A DNA stretch of 64,000 nt, from contig OZ024750.1 in assembly GCA_964016885.1 (NCBI GenBank), positions 35,278,001 to 35,342,000 of the forward strand, in the 5' to 3' direction. The notes beneath the pieces are model-generated. The model searched no databases and had not been told where the DNA came from. It saw nothing but the letters and a program-made list of their open reading frames with translations. This document shows, piece by piece, positions 1-13,888 of this stretch; position 1 is the first letter of the stretch; each line of letters starts with the position of its first letter. The stretch is from Eledone cirrhosa. Lineage: Eukaryota. The position numbers were made by a program, and so were the translations under genes.

Positions 1-641
1 TTTGCTTTCTTTACCATATTAATCTGCTATATATGCTTAATACCTCTGCATTCTTAATGACTATATGCCTATGTACCACTAATATCCTCCTTTGCAAGTA
101 ACCTTTTTTTATAATTCTTTTATGATCTTCGTTATACACATTACTACAAGGAAATCATCAGGAAAGCCAACTGTCAATGTGATATGGTGATATTTATACA
201 CCTTCTGGTGGTAGGGTAAGGTGGTGATTGGAATGGGTGTAGGTCATTGGTTGGTGGATTTAAAGATTGGGGATTCTTTGAAAAAACTATATTTAGAGAA
301 AAGTACAACTGATACAGAACAATACAAATGCAGGCACTCCTAATATTCAAGGTTTATTTATTCTAAGCAAACAAAGGGTTTTCATTAAGTGGCTGTATTA
401 AAGGACTGTGAAGTCTGCTCTATTAAAGGATGGTGAAGTCTGCAAATGTGTGTACAATCACACACACACACACACACTTTATTTTCTACTTCATGTTTTA
501 CTTTTTTCCCACTAACTCCCCCCCTTACTCCCTCTCAGAGTTCCTCCCCCGCCTCCTGATAACTTATTACCTTTTGTAACTTGTACTCTTGCGTTGTTGT
601 TGTTGTTTTTTACTTTATATATATATTATATATATATATAA

Positions 642-645
<4 letters not shown>

Positions 646-688
<43 letters not shown>

Positions 689-814
689 AAAAAAGATGAA
701 ATCGAAAATGCAACTGGAGTCTTTTTTTTTTAATATATTTATTTGGTTCCTTTACCAGTTTTGCAGTTCTTGTGCTTTTCAAAAGTAGAATTGAGATGGA
801 GGGTTTGTGGTTTT

Positions 815-853
<39 letters not shown>

Positions 854-918
854 TATACATATACATACATACACACATACATACACACATACATACATAC
901 ACACATATATATATATAT
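646..918. repeat. (TA)n / (TACA)n microsatellite cluster
   Basis: Runs of TA at 646-684 and 819-918; these generate the YIYI ORFs. Confidence 0.95.
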
Positions 919-1049
919 TTTGCTGTTAAGTTAGACATGGCCTGGGCCAATACTGGCCAAAATCTATCAAAGTAAATAGGGGTGAGTTTCGTAATGAAAT
1001 ATATATCAGTATTGAGTGATCCAAGTTTCAGTTTAACATTGGCTCAAGC

Positions 1050-1480
1050 TTGTGAGACATGGGCAGCAACTGCGGAGGATATGCGATGGCTGGAGAGAAA
1101 TGAAGCAAGCATACTCCGTTGGATATGCAATGTCAATGTTCATGAATGACCAAGCATAGATGAGTTGAGAGAAAAACTGGGTATAAGAGGGATAAGTTGC
1201 GGTGTGCAGGAGAGGAGACTGCGATGGTATGGACATGTGATGCCCATAGAGGATGACCGTTTGGTAAAGAAGTGCCAAGAAATCCCAGTAGAAGGAAGAC
1301 ACAGTAGAGGAAGACCACGAAAAACATCGGCGGAGGTGGTGAGAGCAGACCTCAGATTACTGAAGCTCACGGAGGAGATGACGAAGGACCGTGACAAGTG
1401 GAGAGATGCTGTGCTGAATAGGACCCGTCCTACCCTTGCAAGCAGGGAAAAGCAGACGTAAAACGAGGTTGATGATGATA
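1050..1480 (+). mobile_element. 5'-truncated RTE-clade LINE 3' end (degenerate)
   Basis: Translates ETWAATAEDMRWLERNEASILRWIC...RRLRWYGHVM...GRHSRGRPRKT...DRDKWR (RTE C-terminus); ends in stem-loop cccttgcaagcaggg and a (GAT)n tail. Confidence 0.9.
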
Positions 1481-1645
1481 TATATAATCAAGAAACAAGG
1501 CACTATTGCATACCAGGATTTCATACTTCTGAATTTCTTAACTGTTAATAGGTTATTTATATATTTTAGTTCAATAGAAATAATATATTGGAAACATAGA
1601 AACATAGGGAGCTACATAAACGATATCTCGAGCTAACAGTAATCC

Positions 1646-1743
1646 TGAAGAAGAAGAAGAAGAAGAAGAAGAAGAAGAAGAAGAAGAAGAAGAAGAAGAA
1701 GAAGAAGAAGAAGAAGAAGAAGAAGAAGATAAAGAAGAAGAAG
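1646..1743. repeat. (GAA)n microsatellite
   Basis: About 32 GAA units. Confidence 0.97.
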
Positions 1744-2499
1744 TGGTGGTAGCAAGGGTTTAAGCAATGAATATTATATTATTTTTCTATAAATAAATGG
1801 AGAGGAAAATATATCAGTCAATAATGGATGTGTTCATTTACATAATTTGTATTTTTTGGATGGCAGCAAAGGGGAAATATAAAAGCTTTATTGGAATATA
1901 GCATTGCATTTCTGATTCATGAATCATATAGTCTGCCTTTCCATATGGCAAAATAATCTGATTGTTGCCAACAGAGCATTTACTGGACTTCTTCCAGCCA
2001 CTTCAAATCTTTGTCACTTTATCACTAGCTATACTCCCAGAACTGTATATTTGTCCCCCCGCTCCCCCCGCTCTCTACTCCCCCCCTCTTTACCTCCCTC
2101 TCTCTACCCCCCCCCCTCTCTATCTCTCTCACTCTCTGTTGATGGCACTTATCTGCCATCCAAAAAGTACTCAGTCTTCAAACCATGCCTGCTATGCTGT
2201 TTGTTAAATGAATACAACAAACACATTGAATAACTTGATTATCGAAGGCTCCATGTTGAGATCCTACTGTGTAGTTTATGCTCTCAGTGTTTCTACTGAT
2301 TTTACCATACCCACTTCACACTATACAGATTTTCTATATTCCCTGCTTATATTACCATTCTCTTCTACATCACATCACACCTTTTACACACATTATATAA
2401 TCACACTATATAATATTGACCTCCCACTATCTCACTATATGTCACTGCTATACTATATCACAGTTCCCAGTCAAATATATATTATACAATCTCCTTATA

Positions 2500-5400
2500 T
2501 AATATTCACTTACCACCCTATAGTATCTCTATCTACTATAATATTCACTTACCACCCTATAGTATCTCTATCTACTGTAATATCCACTTACCACCCTATA
2601 GTATCTCTATCTACTGTAATATTCACTTACCACCCTATAGTATCTCTATCTACTGTAATATCCACTTACCACCCTATAGTATCTCTATCTACTGTAATAT
2701 TCACTTACCACCCTATAGTATCTCTATCCACTATAATATTCACTTACCACCCTATAGTATCTCTATCTACTGTATATTCACTTACCACCCTATAGTATCT
2801 CTATCCACTATAATATTCACTTACCACCCTATAGTATCTCTATCCACTATAATATTCACTTACCACCCTATAGTATCTCTATCTACTGTATATTCACTTA
2901 CCACCCTATAGTATCTCTATCCACTATAATATTCACTTACCACCCTATAGTATCTCTATCTACTGTAATATTCACTTACCACCCTATAGTATGTCTATCT
3001 ACTGTAATATTCACTTACCACCCTATAGTATCTCTATCTACTGTAATATTCACTTACCACCCTATAGTATCTCTATCTACTGTAATATTCACTTACCACC
3101 CTATAGTATCTCTATCCACTGTAATATTCACTTACCACCCTATAGTATGTCTATCCACTGTAATATTCACTTACCACCCTATAGTATCTCTATCTACTGT
3201 AATATTCACTTACCACCCTATAGTATCTCTATCTACTGTATATTCACTTACCACCCTATAGTATCTCTATCCACTATAATATTCACTTACCACCCTATAG
3301 TATCTCTATCCACTATAATATTCACTTACCACCCTATAGTATCTCTATCTACTGTAATATTCACTTACCACCCTATAGTATCTCTATCCACTGTAATATT
3401 CACTTACCACCCTATAGTATCTCTATCTACTGTAATATTCACTTACCACCCTATAGTATCTCTATCTACTGTAATATTCACTTACCACCCTATAGTATCT
3501 CTATCCACTATAATATTCACTTACCACCCTATAGTATCTCTATCCACTATAATATTCACTTACCACCCTATAGTATCTCTATCTACTGTAATATTCACTT
3601 ACCACCCTATAGTATCTCTATCCACTGTAATATTCACTTACCACCCTATAGTATCTCTGTCTACTGTATATTCACTTACCACCCTATAGTATGTCTATCT
3701 ACTGTAATATTCACTTACCACCCTATAGTATCTCTATCTACTGTAATATTCACTTACCACCCTATAGTATCTCTATCTACTGTAATATTCACTTACCACC
3801 CTATAGTATCTCTATCTACTGTAATATTCACTTACCACCCTATAGTATCTCTATCTACTGTAATATTCACTTACCACCCTATAGTATCTCTATCCACTGT
3901 AATATTCACTTACCACCCTATAGTATCTCTATCCACTGTAATATTCACTTACCACCCTATAGTATCTCTATCTACTGTATATTCACTTACCACCCTATAG
4001 TATCTCTATCTACTGTAATATTCACTTACCACCCTATAGTATCTCTATCCACTGTAATATTCACTTACCACCCTATAGTATCTCTATCCACTATAATATT
4101 CACTTACCACCCTATAGTATCTCTATCCACTATAATATTCACTTACCACCCTATAGTATCTCTATCTACTGTAATATTCACTTACCACCCTATAGTATCT
4201 CTATCTACTGTAATATTCACTTACCACCTTATAGTATCTCTATCCACTGTAATATTCACTTACCACCCTATAGTATGTCTATCTACTGTAATATTCACTT
4301 ACCACCCTATAGTATCTCTATCTACTGTATATTCACTTACCACCCTATAGTATCTCTATCCACTATAATATTCACTTACCACCCTATAGTATCTCTATCT
4401 ACTGTAATATTCACTTACCACCCTATAGTATCTCTATCTACTGTAATATTCACTTACCACCCTATAGTATCTCTATCTACTGTAATATTCACTTACCACC
4501 CTATAGTATCTCTATCCACTGTAATATCCACTTACCACCCTATAGTATCTCTATCCACTGTAATATCCACTTACCATCCTATAGTATGTCTATCCACTAT
4601 AATATTCACTTACCACCCTATAGTATCTCTATCTACTGTAATATTCACTTACCACCCTATAGTATCTCTATCTACTGTAATATTCACTTGCCATCCTATA
4701 GTATCTCAATCCACTATAATATTCACATACCACCCTATAGTATCTCTATCCACTGTAATATTCACTTACCACCCTATAGTATGTCTATCCACTGTAATAT
4801 TCACTTACCACCCTATAGTATCTCTATCCACTGTAATATTCACTTACCACCCTATAGTATCTCTATCTACTGTAATATTCACTTACCACCCTATAGTATG
4901 TCTATCCACTGTAATATTCACTTACCACCCTATAGTATCTCTATCTACTGTAATATTCACTTACCACCCTATAGTATCTCTATCCACTGTAATATCCACT
5001 TACCACCCTATAGTATGTCTATCTACTGTAATATTCACTTACCACCCTATAGTATCTCTATCCACTGTAATATTCACTTACCATCCTATAGTATGTCTAT
5101 CTACTGTAATATTCACTTACCACCCTATAGTATCTCTATCTACTGTATATTCACTTACCACCCTATAGTATCTCTATCTACTGTAATATTCACTTACCAT
5201 CCTATAGTATCTCTATCTACTGTAATATTCACTTACCATCCTATAGTATCTCTATCTACTGTAATATTCACTTACCATCCTATAGTATCTCTATCTACTG
5301 TAATATTCACTTACCACCCTATAGTATGTCTATCCACTGTAATATTCACTTACCACCCTATAGTATCTCTATCTACTATAATATTCACTTACCACCCTAT

Positions 5401-6040
5401 AGTATCTCTATCCACTGTAATATTCACTTACCATCCTATAGTATGTCTATCCACTGTAATATTCACTTACCATCCTATAGTATCTCTATCTACTGTAATA
5501 TTCACTTACCACCCTATAGTATCTCTATCTACTGTAATATTCACTTACCACCCTATAGTATGTCTATCTACTGTAATATTCACTTACCACCCTATAGTAT
5601 CTCTATCTACTGTAATATTCACTTACCACCCTATAGTATGTCTATCCACTGTAATATTCACTTACCACCCTATAGTATCTCTATCTACTGTAATATTCAC
5701 TTACCACCCTATAGTATCTCTATCTACTGTAATATTCACTTACCACCCTATAGTATCTCTATCCACTGTAATATTCACTTACCATCCTATAGTATGTCTA
5801 TCCACTGTAATATTCACTTACCATCCTATAGTATGTCTATCTACTGTAATATTCACTTACCACCCTATAGTATCTCTATCTACTGTAATATTCACTTACC
5901 ACCCTATAGTATCTCTATCTACTGTAATATTCACTTACCACCCTATAGTATCTCTATCTACTGTAATATTCACTTACCACCCTATAGTATGTCTATCCAC
6001 TGTAATATTCACTTACCACCCTATAGTATCTCTATCTGCC
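2500..6040. repeat. 39-bp minisatellite, about 90 copies
   Basis: Unit atattcacttaccaccctatagtatctctatctactgta; occasional 37-bp variants shift the pseudo-ORF frames. Confidence 0.98.
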
Positions 6041-6253
6041 ATAATTTTATATCACAATTTCTCAAACACACATAAAATAATCTGCCTTTCACACAGACAG
6101 AAAAAATAAAACATTTTCTTTCCTCTTTTTATTTTGTTATTTGCAAATAAACGATATCATTGAACTTTATATTTTCCCTGCTTCTGCAGGAAATCATTAG
6201 ACTGCCATTAACTAATTATAACTTCCAGATAGTAATTATAAGTTCGTAATAAC

Positions 6254-6462
6254 TGTTTCTACTTTATGCACAAGGCCAGCAAATTACCCAGTGCATTACT
6301 GGTACTTTATTTTATCGACCCCGTAAGGATCAAAGGCAAAGTCAACCTCGGCGGGATTTGATCTCAGATCGTAAAGGGACATAACTATGCTGGAAAGCAT
6401 GGTGTCTGACCCTCTACCGATACTGCCAATCCACCGCCCTCTACTGCCAAACCACCGCCCTC
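6254..6462 (-). mobile_element. tRNA-derived SINE family B
   Basis: Reverse strand: ggcggtggattggcagtatcggtagag (A box-like) ... gagatcaaatcccgcc (B box-like) ... gcctttgatccttacggggtcgataaaataaagtaccag ... gtagaaaca; more than 15 copies in the window. Confidence 0.9.
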
Positions 6463-6670
6463 TTTAAAAAGGTTACATGTACCTCTTGACCAGGATTGAA
6501 CTCAAGACCAGGATCTCCACCGTCTCTAGTACCTACCACAAGGCCACAGAAACAACTACTATAAGTTTGTAATAACACGAGACAACTAGGGAGCCTGTAA
6601 TGTAGTCACTTGATATCTTAGTAATATTAACCAAAGCTCCTTTAGGTTAAAAAAGAAAGATGCAATAGAA

Positions 6671-7625
6671 GAGTGGTTGCCAACCTTTCGCAACTCCTGG
6701 TCCACTAAATTCATGATTTTAAATCCCGTGGACCACTAATATCAATTAATGGTCAATGGTTGAAACTATAATGAAGCGTACGTGTGTCATATTGTCAATG
6801 GATGATAAATATGTGTAAAATTCTTTCAGGAATGTTAGTTCTTTACTGAGGAGAAACATTTTTTAGGGTGGTTATAAAATATATTTTAAACAAATATTCA
6901 TTTTGTGTTATCTATATATATAAAACTGAAGATGTCTGTCTGTGTGTATGTGTGTATGTGTGTCTGTGACTTTGAATCCCTAAAACTCGAGAAGTACCCA
7001 ACCGATTTTCAAACTTTACATGTGTCTTATTTGTTTCAGGGAGTGTAATGCACATAAAAAAATTCAACTTTTTGATCCCTCGAGCCCGCATTAGGTGAAA
7101 AACTGCGTTTTTTCAGCTTATTAGGGTTTTTTTGAGGCCGATTTTCTTGAATTATAACTATGTATTAGTCAGTCTCTTCTTCATACCGTGAACAAAGAAA
7201 ATCCAACTTTTTTATGGCATTAGGCAAAAAACTTCATTTTTTCAGCTTTTTAGGGCTTTTTTGAGGTGTTACGACTAGCTCATTTTCCCCGAAATTTCAA
7301 GGCATATTATGCACATAAAAAAAATTCATTTTCTTGATCCCCTAGGGCCTGGATTAGGTGAAAACCTGCATTTTTCTTGCTTCATTGAGGAAAATCTTAA
7401 AGATTATCCAGCCATCAGAGTATTCGGTTTATTTTCTTTACATATTGTCCAGGCATGCAGTTTTTCCACGATTAGGTGTGTTGGCGGCCCGCGTTCCAAA
7501 ATACCTTCCCGTGCCATGGCGGGTACCACTGTTAGTTATTAATAAAACATAAAAATTGCAAATAATGTCCACATTTTTATGTGGACCACCAAAATTATCT
7601 CTCCGACCACCGGTTGGCAACCGTT
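6671..7625. mobile_element. hAT/Charlie-like MITE interrupted by a Helitron-like insertion
   Basis: Terminal inverted repeats agtggttgccaacc (6672) / ggttggcaaccgtt (7612) resembling CAGTGGTTCCCAACC hAT ends; subterminal tggtccac / gtggacca. Confidence 0.65.
6911..7535 (+). mobile_element. Non-autonomous Helitron-like element
   Basis: 5' TCTATATATATAAAA plus gtct/gt microsatellite; 3' hairpin cccgtgccatggcggg (7508-7523) then TTAG; inserted between A and T, no TSD. Confidence 0.75.
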
Positions 7626-7743
7626 GCATTAGATGATATAGTACTAGACATTGTCCTAACAAGATGTGTTCAGGACAGGACACTTGATCATAGTTCTGTT
7701 TTAACAATAAACACCACTACCGAACATAGTTCTACTTTAACTA

Positions 7744-7934
7744 TGAGGGTTGACTAAAAAGTTCATAGGCTGACTATGAAGTTCATAGCTGTGAAATGTT
7801 GCTTGCATTAATTTCAGCTCTTCTTATTAATAACTAAATTGTTTCCTTTGAGGGACTATGCTGCAAAATAAAGTTCATTTGGTCATTTCATAAGAGTATC
7901 TTGGTCAGCCTATGAACTTTTCACCCGACCTTCG
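7744..7934. mobile_element. Tc1/mariner-type MITE
   Basis: TIRs tgagggttgactaaaaagttcataggctgac / gtcagcctatgaacttttcacccgaccttcg, flanked by TA on both sides. Confidence 0.8.
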
Positions 7935-8885
7935 TAGTAATAAACCCAAGTATCTCACTACTGATCTGTTCTAACTAGTAATAAACCCCAGTCTGTCACC
8001 ATGGCTCTCTTCTAACTATTAATAAACCCCAGTACCTCACCATGGCTCTCTTCTAACTAGTAATAAACCCCAGTACCTCACCATGGCTCTCTTCTAACTA
8101 GTAATAAACCCCAGTACCTCACCACAGGTCTCTTCTAACTAGTAATAAACACCAGTACCTCACCATGGCTCTCTTCTAACTAGTAATAAACCCCAGTACC
8201 TCACCATGGCTCTCTTCTAACTAGTAATAAACCCCAGTACCTCACCACAGGTCTCTTCTAACTATTAATAAACCCCAGTACCTCACCATGGCTCTCTTCT
8301 AACTAGTAATAAACCCCAGTACCTCACCATGGCTCTCTTCTAACTAGTAATAAACCCCAGTACCTCATCACAGGTCTCTTCTAACTAGTAATAAACCCCA
8401 GTACCTCACCACAGGTCTCTTCTAACTATTAATAAACCCCAGTACCTCACCATGGCTCTCTTCTAACTAGTAATAAACCCCAGTACCTCACCATGGCTCT
8501 CTTCTAACTAGTAATAAACCCCAGTACCTCACCACAGGTCTCTTCTAACTATTAATAAACCCCAGTACCTCACCATGGCTCTCTTCTAACTAGTAATAAA
8601 CCACAGTACCTCACCATGGCTGTCTTCTAACTAGTAATAAACCCCAGTACCTCACCACAGGTCTCTTCTAACTAGTAATAAACCCCAGTACCTCACCATG
8701 GCTATCTTTTAACTAGTAATAAACCCCAGTGCCTCACCATGGCTTTCTTCTAACTAGTAATAAACTCCAGTACCTCACCACAGGTCTGTTCTAACTAGTA
8801 ATAAACCCCAGTACCTCACCACATGTCTGTTCTAACTAGTAATAAACCCCAGTACCTCACCACAGGTCTGTTCTATTTAGCAATA
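7935..8885. repeat. 41-bp minisatellite, about 23 copies
   Basis: Unit ctagtaataaaccccagtacctcaccatggctctcttctaa with two interspersed variants (catggc / cacagg). Confidence 0.97.
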
Positions 8886-8908
8886 AACTAGTAACTAAAC
8901 ATATTTAC

Positions 8909-9105
8909 CATTTTTAACAATCAATTTGACTGCTGCAAAAGAGAATGGATTTTTAGTTGTCTTGAAATTAAGCTGACATACTCCTGAGACTATTTTATAT
9001 AATAAAATAAGCAATTCTCTCTTGGTGCTAATCAAATAAACTTGCTCTGCTTTCTTTGTATAAGATACTGACAATATGGTGAACATCCACTCATAAAATC
9101 TTATC
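8909..9105 (-). CDS. Candidate internal exon of an unidentified gene
   Basis: Acceptor ttgtttacatttcAG, 197 nt with an open frame (IRFYEWMFTILSVSYTKK...KLIVKN), donor G|GTAAAT; no recognisable homology. Confidence 0.25.
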
Positions 9106-9150
9106 CTGAAATGTAAACAAGGCACATGTTTATTATTATTACTATTATTA

Positions 9151-9545
9151 TGGAGGCACATGGCTTAGTGGTTAGAGCATTGGCCTTGCAATCAAAAGGT
9201 CGTGAGTTCAATTCTCAGACCAGGTGATGTGTTGTTTCCTTGAGCAATGTGACACTTTATTTCACATTGCTCCAGTTTACTCAGCTGTAGAAATGAGATG
9301 ATAGAGACTGGGGTCCCTATCATTCCACTGCAAAGTGGTCGTGGAGGTGCCACAGCAAAAAAGCATCCAGCCCACACTGTAAAGTGGACGTGTAGGCGCC
9401 ACAGATAAAAAAGCACCCAGCACTCACTGTAAATGAGGTTGGTGTTAGGAAGGGCATCCAGCTGTAGAAATCAAGCCAGAATCAGTTCCCATCCCACCCT
9501 TGAAAGCAGGGAAAAGCGGATGTAAAATGATGATAATGATGATGA
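9151..9545 (+). mobile_element. Full-length tRNA-derived SINE family A with RTE-type tail
   Basis: A box tggcttagtggttagagc, B box gagttcaattc, central ccttgagcaa..acacttt domain, ~49-bp subrepeats, ggttggtgttaggaagggcatccagc, 3' tail matching the LINE at 1424-1480. Confidence 0.9.
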
Positions 9546-9571
9546 TAATTATTATCATTATTGTTATTCTT

Positions 9572-10158
9572 AGAGGGCGGTGGATTGGCAGTATCGGTAA
9601 GGCAATGGATAGCATGTTGTGTAGCATAGAGTTACGTCCCTTTACGTTATGAGTTCAAATCCAATTGAAGTTAGCTTTGCCTTTCATCCTTATGGGTCGA
9701 TAAAATAAAGTACCAGTAATGTACTGGGGTCGATTTAAGCGACTTTTCCCTCCCACCAAAAAACTGGCCTTGTGCCTGGATTGGCAGTATCAGTAGAGGG
9801 TTGGACACCATGCTTTGCAGCATAGAGTTACGCCCCTTTATGATCTGAGTTCAAATCCCACTGAGATTAACTTTGCTTTTCATCCTTACGGGGTCGATAA
9901 AATAAAGTACCAGTAATTGTTTCTACTATTGGCACAAGGCCAGAAATTACCCAGTACATTACTGGTACTTTATTTTATCGACCCCGTAAGGATGAAAGGC
10001 AAAGTTAACCTCGGCGGGATTTGAACTCAGATCGTAAAGGGACATAACTATGCTAGAAAGCATGGCGTCCAACTCTCTACTGATACTGCCAATTCACCGC
10101 CCTGTACCAGTAATGCACTGATTAATTGCTGGCCTTGTGCCAAAAGTAGAAACAATTG
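9572..10158. mobile_element. Cluster of nested SINE-B copies (+, +, -)
   Basis: Copies at about 9572-9780(+), 9778-9915(+) and 9917-10103(-), plus a tail remnant. Confidence 0.85.
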
Positions 10159-10164
10159 TTAGTT

Positions 10165-10440
10165 GTTGTTGTTATTATTTATTTTCATGCAGTGTTGATG
10201 TTAACTCCCAATATTGTTCTTCGTACCATCAGGCTCCATCTCGGAGCTTAAGAATTACTTTCTCTTCTTCTAAGTGGTGTTTATTACTTTTCTCGTTATC
10301 CTGTCAATGTCAAGTAGGCATTCTTCTTACACAGACTCTATACCAACATTAAATCCAATTTGTTGTAAATCTTTAGAAAAATTATCTCTTAGACATCCTA
10401 GTGCCCCTATAGTATCAGTATTGCCAATGGTATATTCCTG
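10165..10440 (-). mobile_element. Relic 3' end of an RLE-type non-LTR retrotransposon (R4/Dong-like)
   Basis: Minus strand reads TIGALGCLRDNFSKDLQQIGFNVGIESV*EECLLDIDRITRKVINTT*, like the IGALG...LQK..LL...RILRKVL C-terminus; followed by a (TAA)/(CAA) tract. Confidence 0.55.
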
Positions 10441-10474
10441 GGGGGCAGCTGCAGTTTCCCCCTACCCCCCAAGT

Positions 10475-10706
10475 CCACTTTACAGTGTGGGCTGGATGTT
10501 TTTTTTTTTTGTCGTGGCACCTCCACAACCACTTTGCAGTGGAAAGATAGGGACCCCAGTCCCTATCATCTCATTTCTACAGCTGAGTAAACTGGAGCAA
10601 TGTGAAATAAAGTGTCTTGCTCAAGGAAACAACACATTACCCGGTCTGAGAATTGAACTCACAACCTTTCGATTGCAAGGCTCTAACCACTAAGCCATGT
10701 GCCTTC
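10475..10706 (-). mobile_element. SINE-A, 5' part
   Basis: Reverse complement of the head and central domain of 9151-9380. Confidence 0.85.
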
Positions 10707-10707
10707 A

Positions 10708-11514
<807 letters not shown>

Positions 11515-11872
11515 ATATATATATATATATATACACACACAAATAGATGAATGGACTAAAAGTTCAGTCAATCCCTATTCCCTACTATCAGGGCAGAGTT
11601 AGCTATAGGCATGAGTAAGCCATGTGAATTGAAGTGGCTGTTCCAGATGCATCTCCCTAGCCATCCTCTGGGGTGTCTTCTCCATTCTGTCCACTGGGAC
11701 CACAAGATAGACTAATCCTTAAACATCAAGTAACAAACACTGAATGTTTGTTTTTGTCATCACCATATATTTATACAAGGGTATTAGTGACGGCAAGGCA
11801 AATCACAAATGAACCTCTATGTGGTCATTTGAACTTCTAGAAATAACATCATCCAAAGCTATCTTTGTTATT

Positions 11873-12451
11873 TTAACCATTTAGCATGTAAACCGGCTGT
11901 ATCCAGCCAGAATTCTCTCATTCCTTTCTTTCCAAACTGGCTGTAACTGGTTACTCATACTGATATTAAGGTATTGTTCTCAAAATAAATAATATCAAAA
12001 TCTTGTAGATTCAATATTATGGGAGATATTATGTGAGATAAAGCCTTTACCATGAAAATACAATAGTATATATAGAGTAATGTAAATGTTATGTGAAATA
12101 ATTATGTAAGGTAAAGCCTTTACCATGAAAATACAATAGTATATATAGAGTAATGTAAATGTTATGTGAGATAATTATGTGAGATAAAGCCTTTACCATG
12201 GAAATACAATAGTATATATAGAGTAATGTAAATGTTATGTGAGATATTATGTGAGGTAAAGCCTTTACTATGAAAATACAATAGTATATATAGAGTAATG
12301 TAAATGTTATGTGAGATATTATGTGAGGTAAAGCCTTTACTATGAAAATACAATAGTATATATAGAGTAATGTAAATGTTATGTGAGATATTATGTGAGG
12401 TAAAGCCTTTACTATGAAAATACAATAGTAAATGTAAATGCTAAAGGATTA
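11873..12451. mobile_element. piggyBac-like MITE containing a 72-bp tandem expansion (about 12020-12430)
   Basis: TTAA-ccatttagcat...atgctaaagga-TTAA; relatives at 33437-33593, 36589 and 39283-40705. Confidence 0.75.
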
Positions 12452-12682
12452 AGACTGAATACTTGATTCTTTGTTTTGCATCATTCTCGGAACGTGAATA
12501 CCCCAAAATGGTGTTTAGGGTGAGAGAGGGTTATAGGAGTTCTGTTTCTTGCTTATTTCTCAACTGGACATTTCTTAAGTGAATTTTAATTGGGGAAATT
12601 GTAAAGATAATCTTGATTGATTCAATGTTTTTTTTCCACTCTCCATATTCAGACGGCAATACTCTATTTCTATGTGTATTGT

Positions 12683-12729
<47 letters not shown>

Positions 12730-12773
12730 AAGTTAAATAAAAGTCAAATGATTAAAATTTAGCTTCGTTTATT

Positions 12774-12828
12774 ACTGCTATATATATTTCAGTGACAGCC
12801 ATCTTTGGCTGTGACCTCTTCAGGCAGT
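12774..12828 (-). ncRNA. Minimal type I hammerhead ribozyme in a ~290-bp element (about 12726-13010)
   Basis: actgc-CTGAAGA-ggtcacagccaaagatggctgtcact-GAAA-tatata-TA-gcagt-AATAAA; second copy at 29201. Confidence 0.85.
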
Positions 12829-13012
12829 TTGAATTAGTATGGTATAGACAAGTACATATGTTGTTTAGGTGTATAATATTGTCAATACTCTGATATGCCC
12901 AGTTCTTGGTTGGGTTGTTAATTCACTGGGGAACCAAACCAACCTGCGCACTTCGTCGAGTGCTCCAGCCTGCATACTGAGGTGTTGGTATACAACCAAC
13001 ATAAACTCAAAA

Positions 13013-13046
<34 letters not shown>

Positions 13047-13091
13047 AAACCCTTGCTTGCAGGAAAAGCGGACATTAAAATTATGATATTT

Positions 13092-13138
<47 letters not shown>

Positions 13139-13139
13139 G

Positions 13140-13693
13140 TAGATAAATCTACCAAGAGTTTACGGTAGTGTCCAATCCGTATGAAGAACTCAATGTAGTC
13201 CGGATATCATGGAAAGAAGAGATGCAATGAAAAATCACTTTCGGTGAAAGATAAACGGAATACAGAGTCAAGATAAAATATTAAAAAAATAATGAATAAA
13301 ACAATGAAACAGTTCCTTATATTAGACAAAAAAAGTTCATTATTTAACGATCGTTTCTAGGATATATATGTGTTAGAATTGGCATGCATATTCAACAGAT
13401 CTATGTACAAAATTATACAAAATTATACAAACTATCAAGATTAAATATACATACCAAACACACATATATGCCGTCTTCAGAATAATGATTATTTCTGAAG
13501 ACGGCATATATGTGTGTTTGGTATGTATATTTAATCTTGATAGTTTGTATAATTTTGTATAATTTTGTACATAGATCTGTTGAATATGCATGCCAATTCT
13601 AACACATATATATCCTAGAAACGATCGTTAAATAATGAACTTTTTTTGTTTAATATAAGGAACTGTTTCATTGTTTTATTCATTATTTTTTTA

Positions 13694-13702
<9 letters not shown>
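13140..13702. mobile_element. Fold-back hammerhead element (210-bp arms 13273-13482 / 13493-13702)
   Basis: Near-perfect palindrome between (TA)n tracts; homologous to 37280-37812. Confidence 0.85.
13488..13636 (+). ncRNA. Hammerhead motif with long stem II (mirrored on the minus strand)
   Basis: attattt-CTGAAGA-cggcatatatgtgt...acacatatatatccta-GAAA-cgatcg-TT-aaataat. Confidence 0.65.
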
Positions 13703-13726
<24 letters not shown>

Positions 13727-13888
13727 TATTAAGGATACTATTTATGGTTATGTATATAATAAAACCTTTTATAGTTATATATATTTTAAACTCTAAATAG
13801 TGAAAGACAGTAATTCATTACTATCTTATTACCAGTAAGATAAATATCTCAATGTAATAACATCAGTTGTTTTACAGAGCAGTTATAT

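Noticed and set aside
117-167. Minus-strand CTGATGA...GAAG motif
   Set aside because: No GAAA and no convincing stem II; at best a decayed relic
2208-6109. 200-500 aa ORFs (IFTYHPIVSLSTV repeats)
   Set aside because: Read-through of a 39-bp minisatellite; frames switch at 37-bp variant units
7935-8885. CRISPR-like regular repeats (also the other arrays)
   Set aside because: No unique spacers, no cas genes, eukaryotic context
9151-9225. tRNA gene
   Set aside because: A and B boxes are present, but the sequence continues into a SINE body and lacks a full cloverleaf; it is a SINE head
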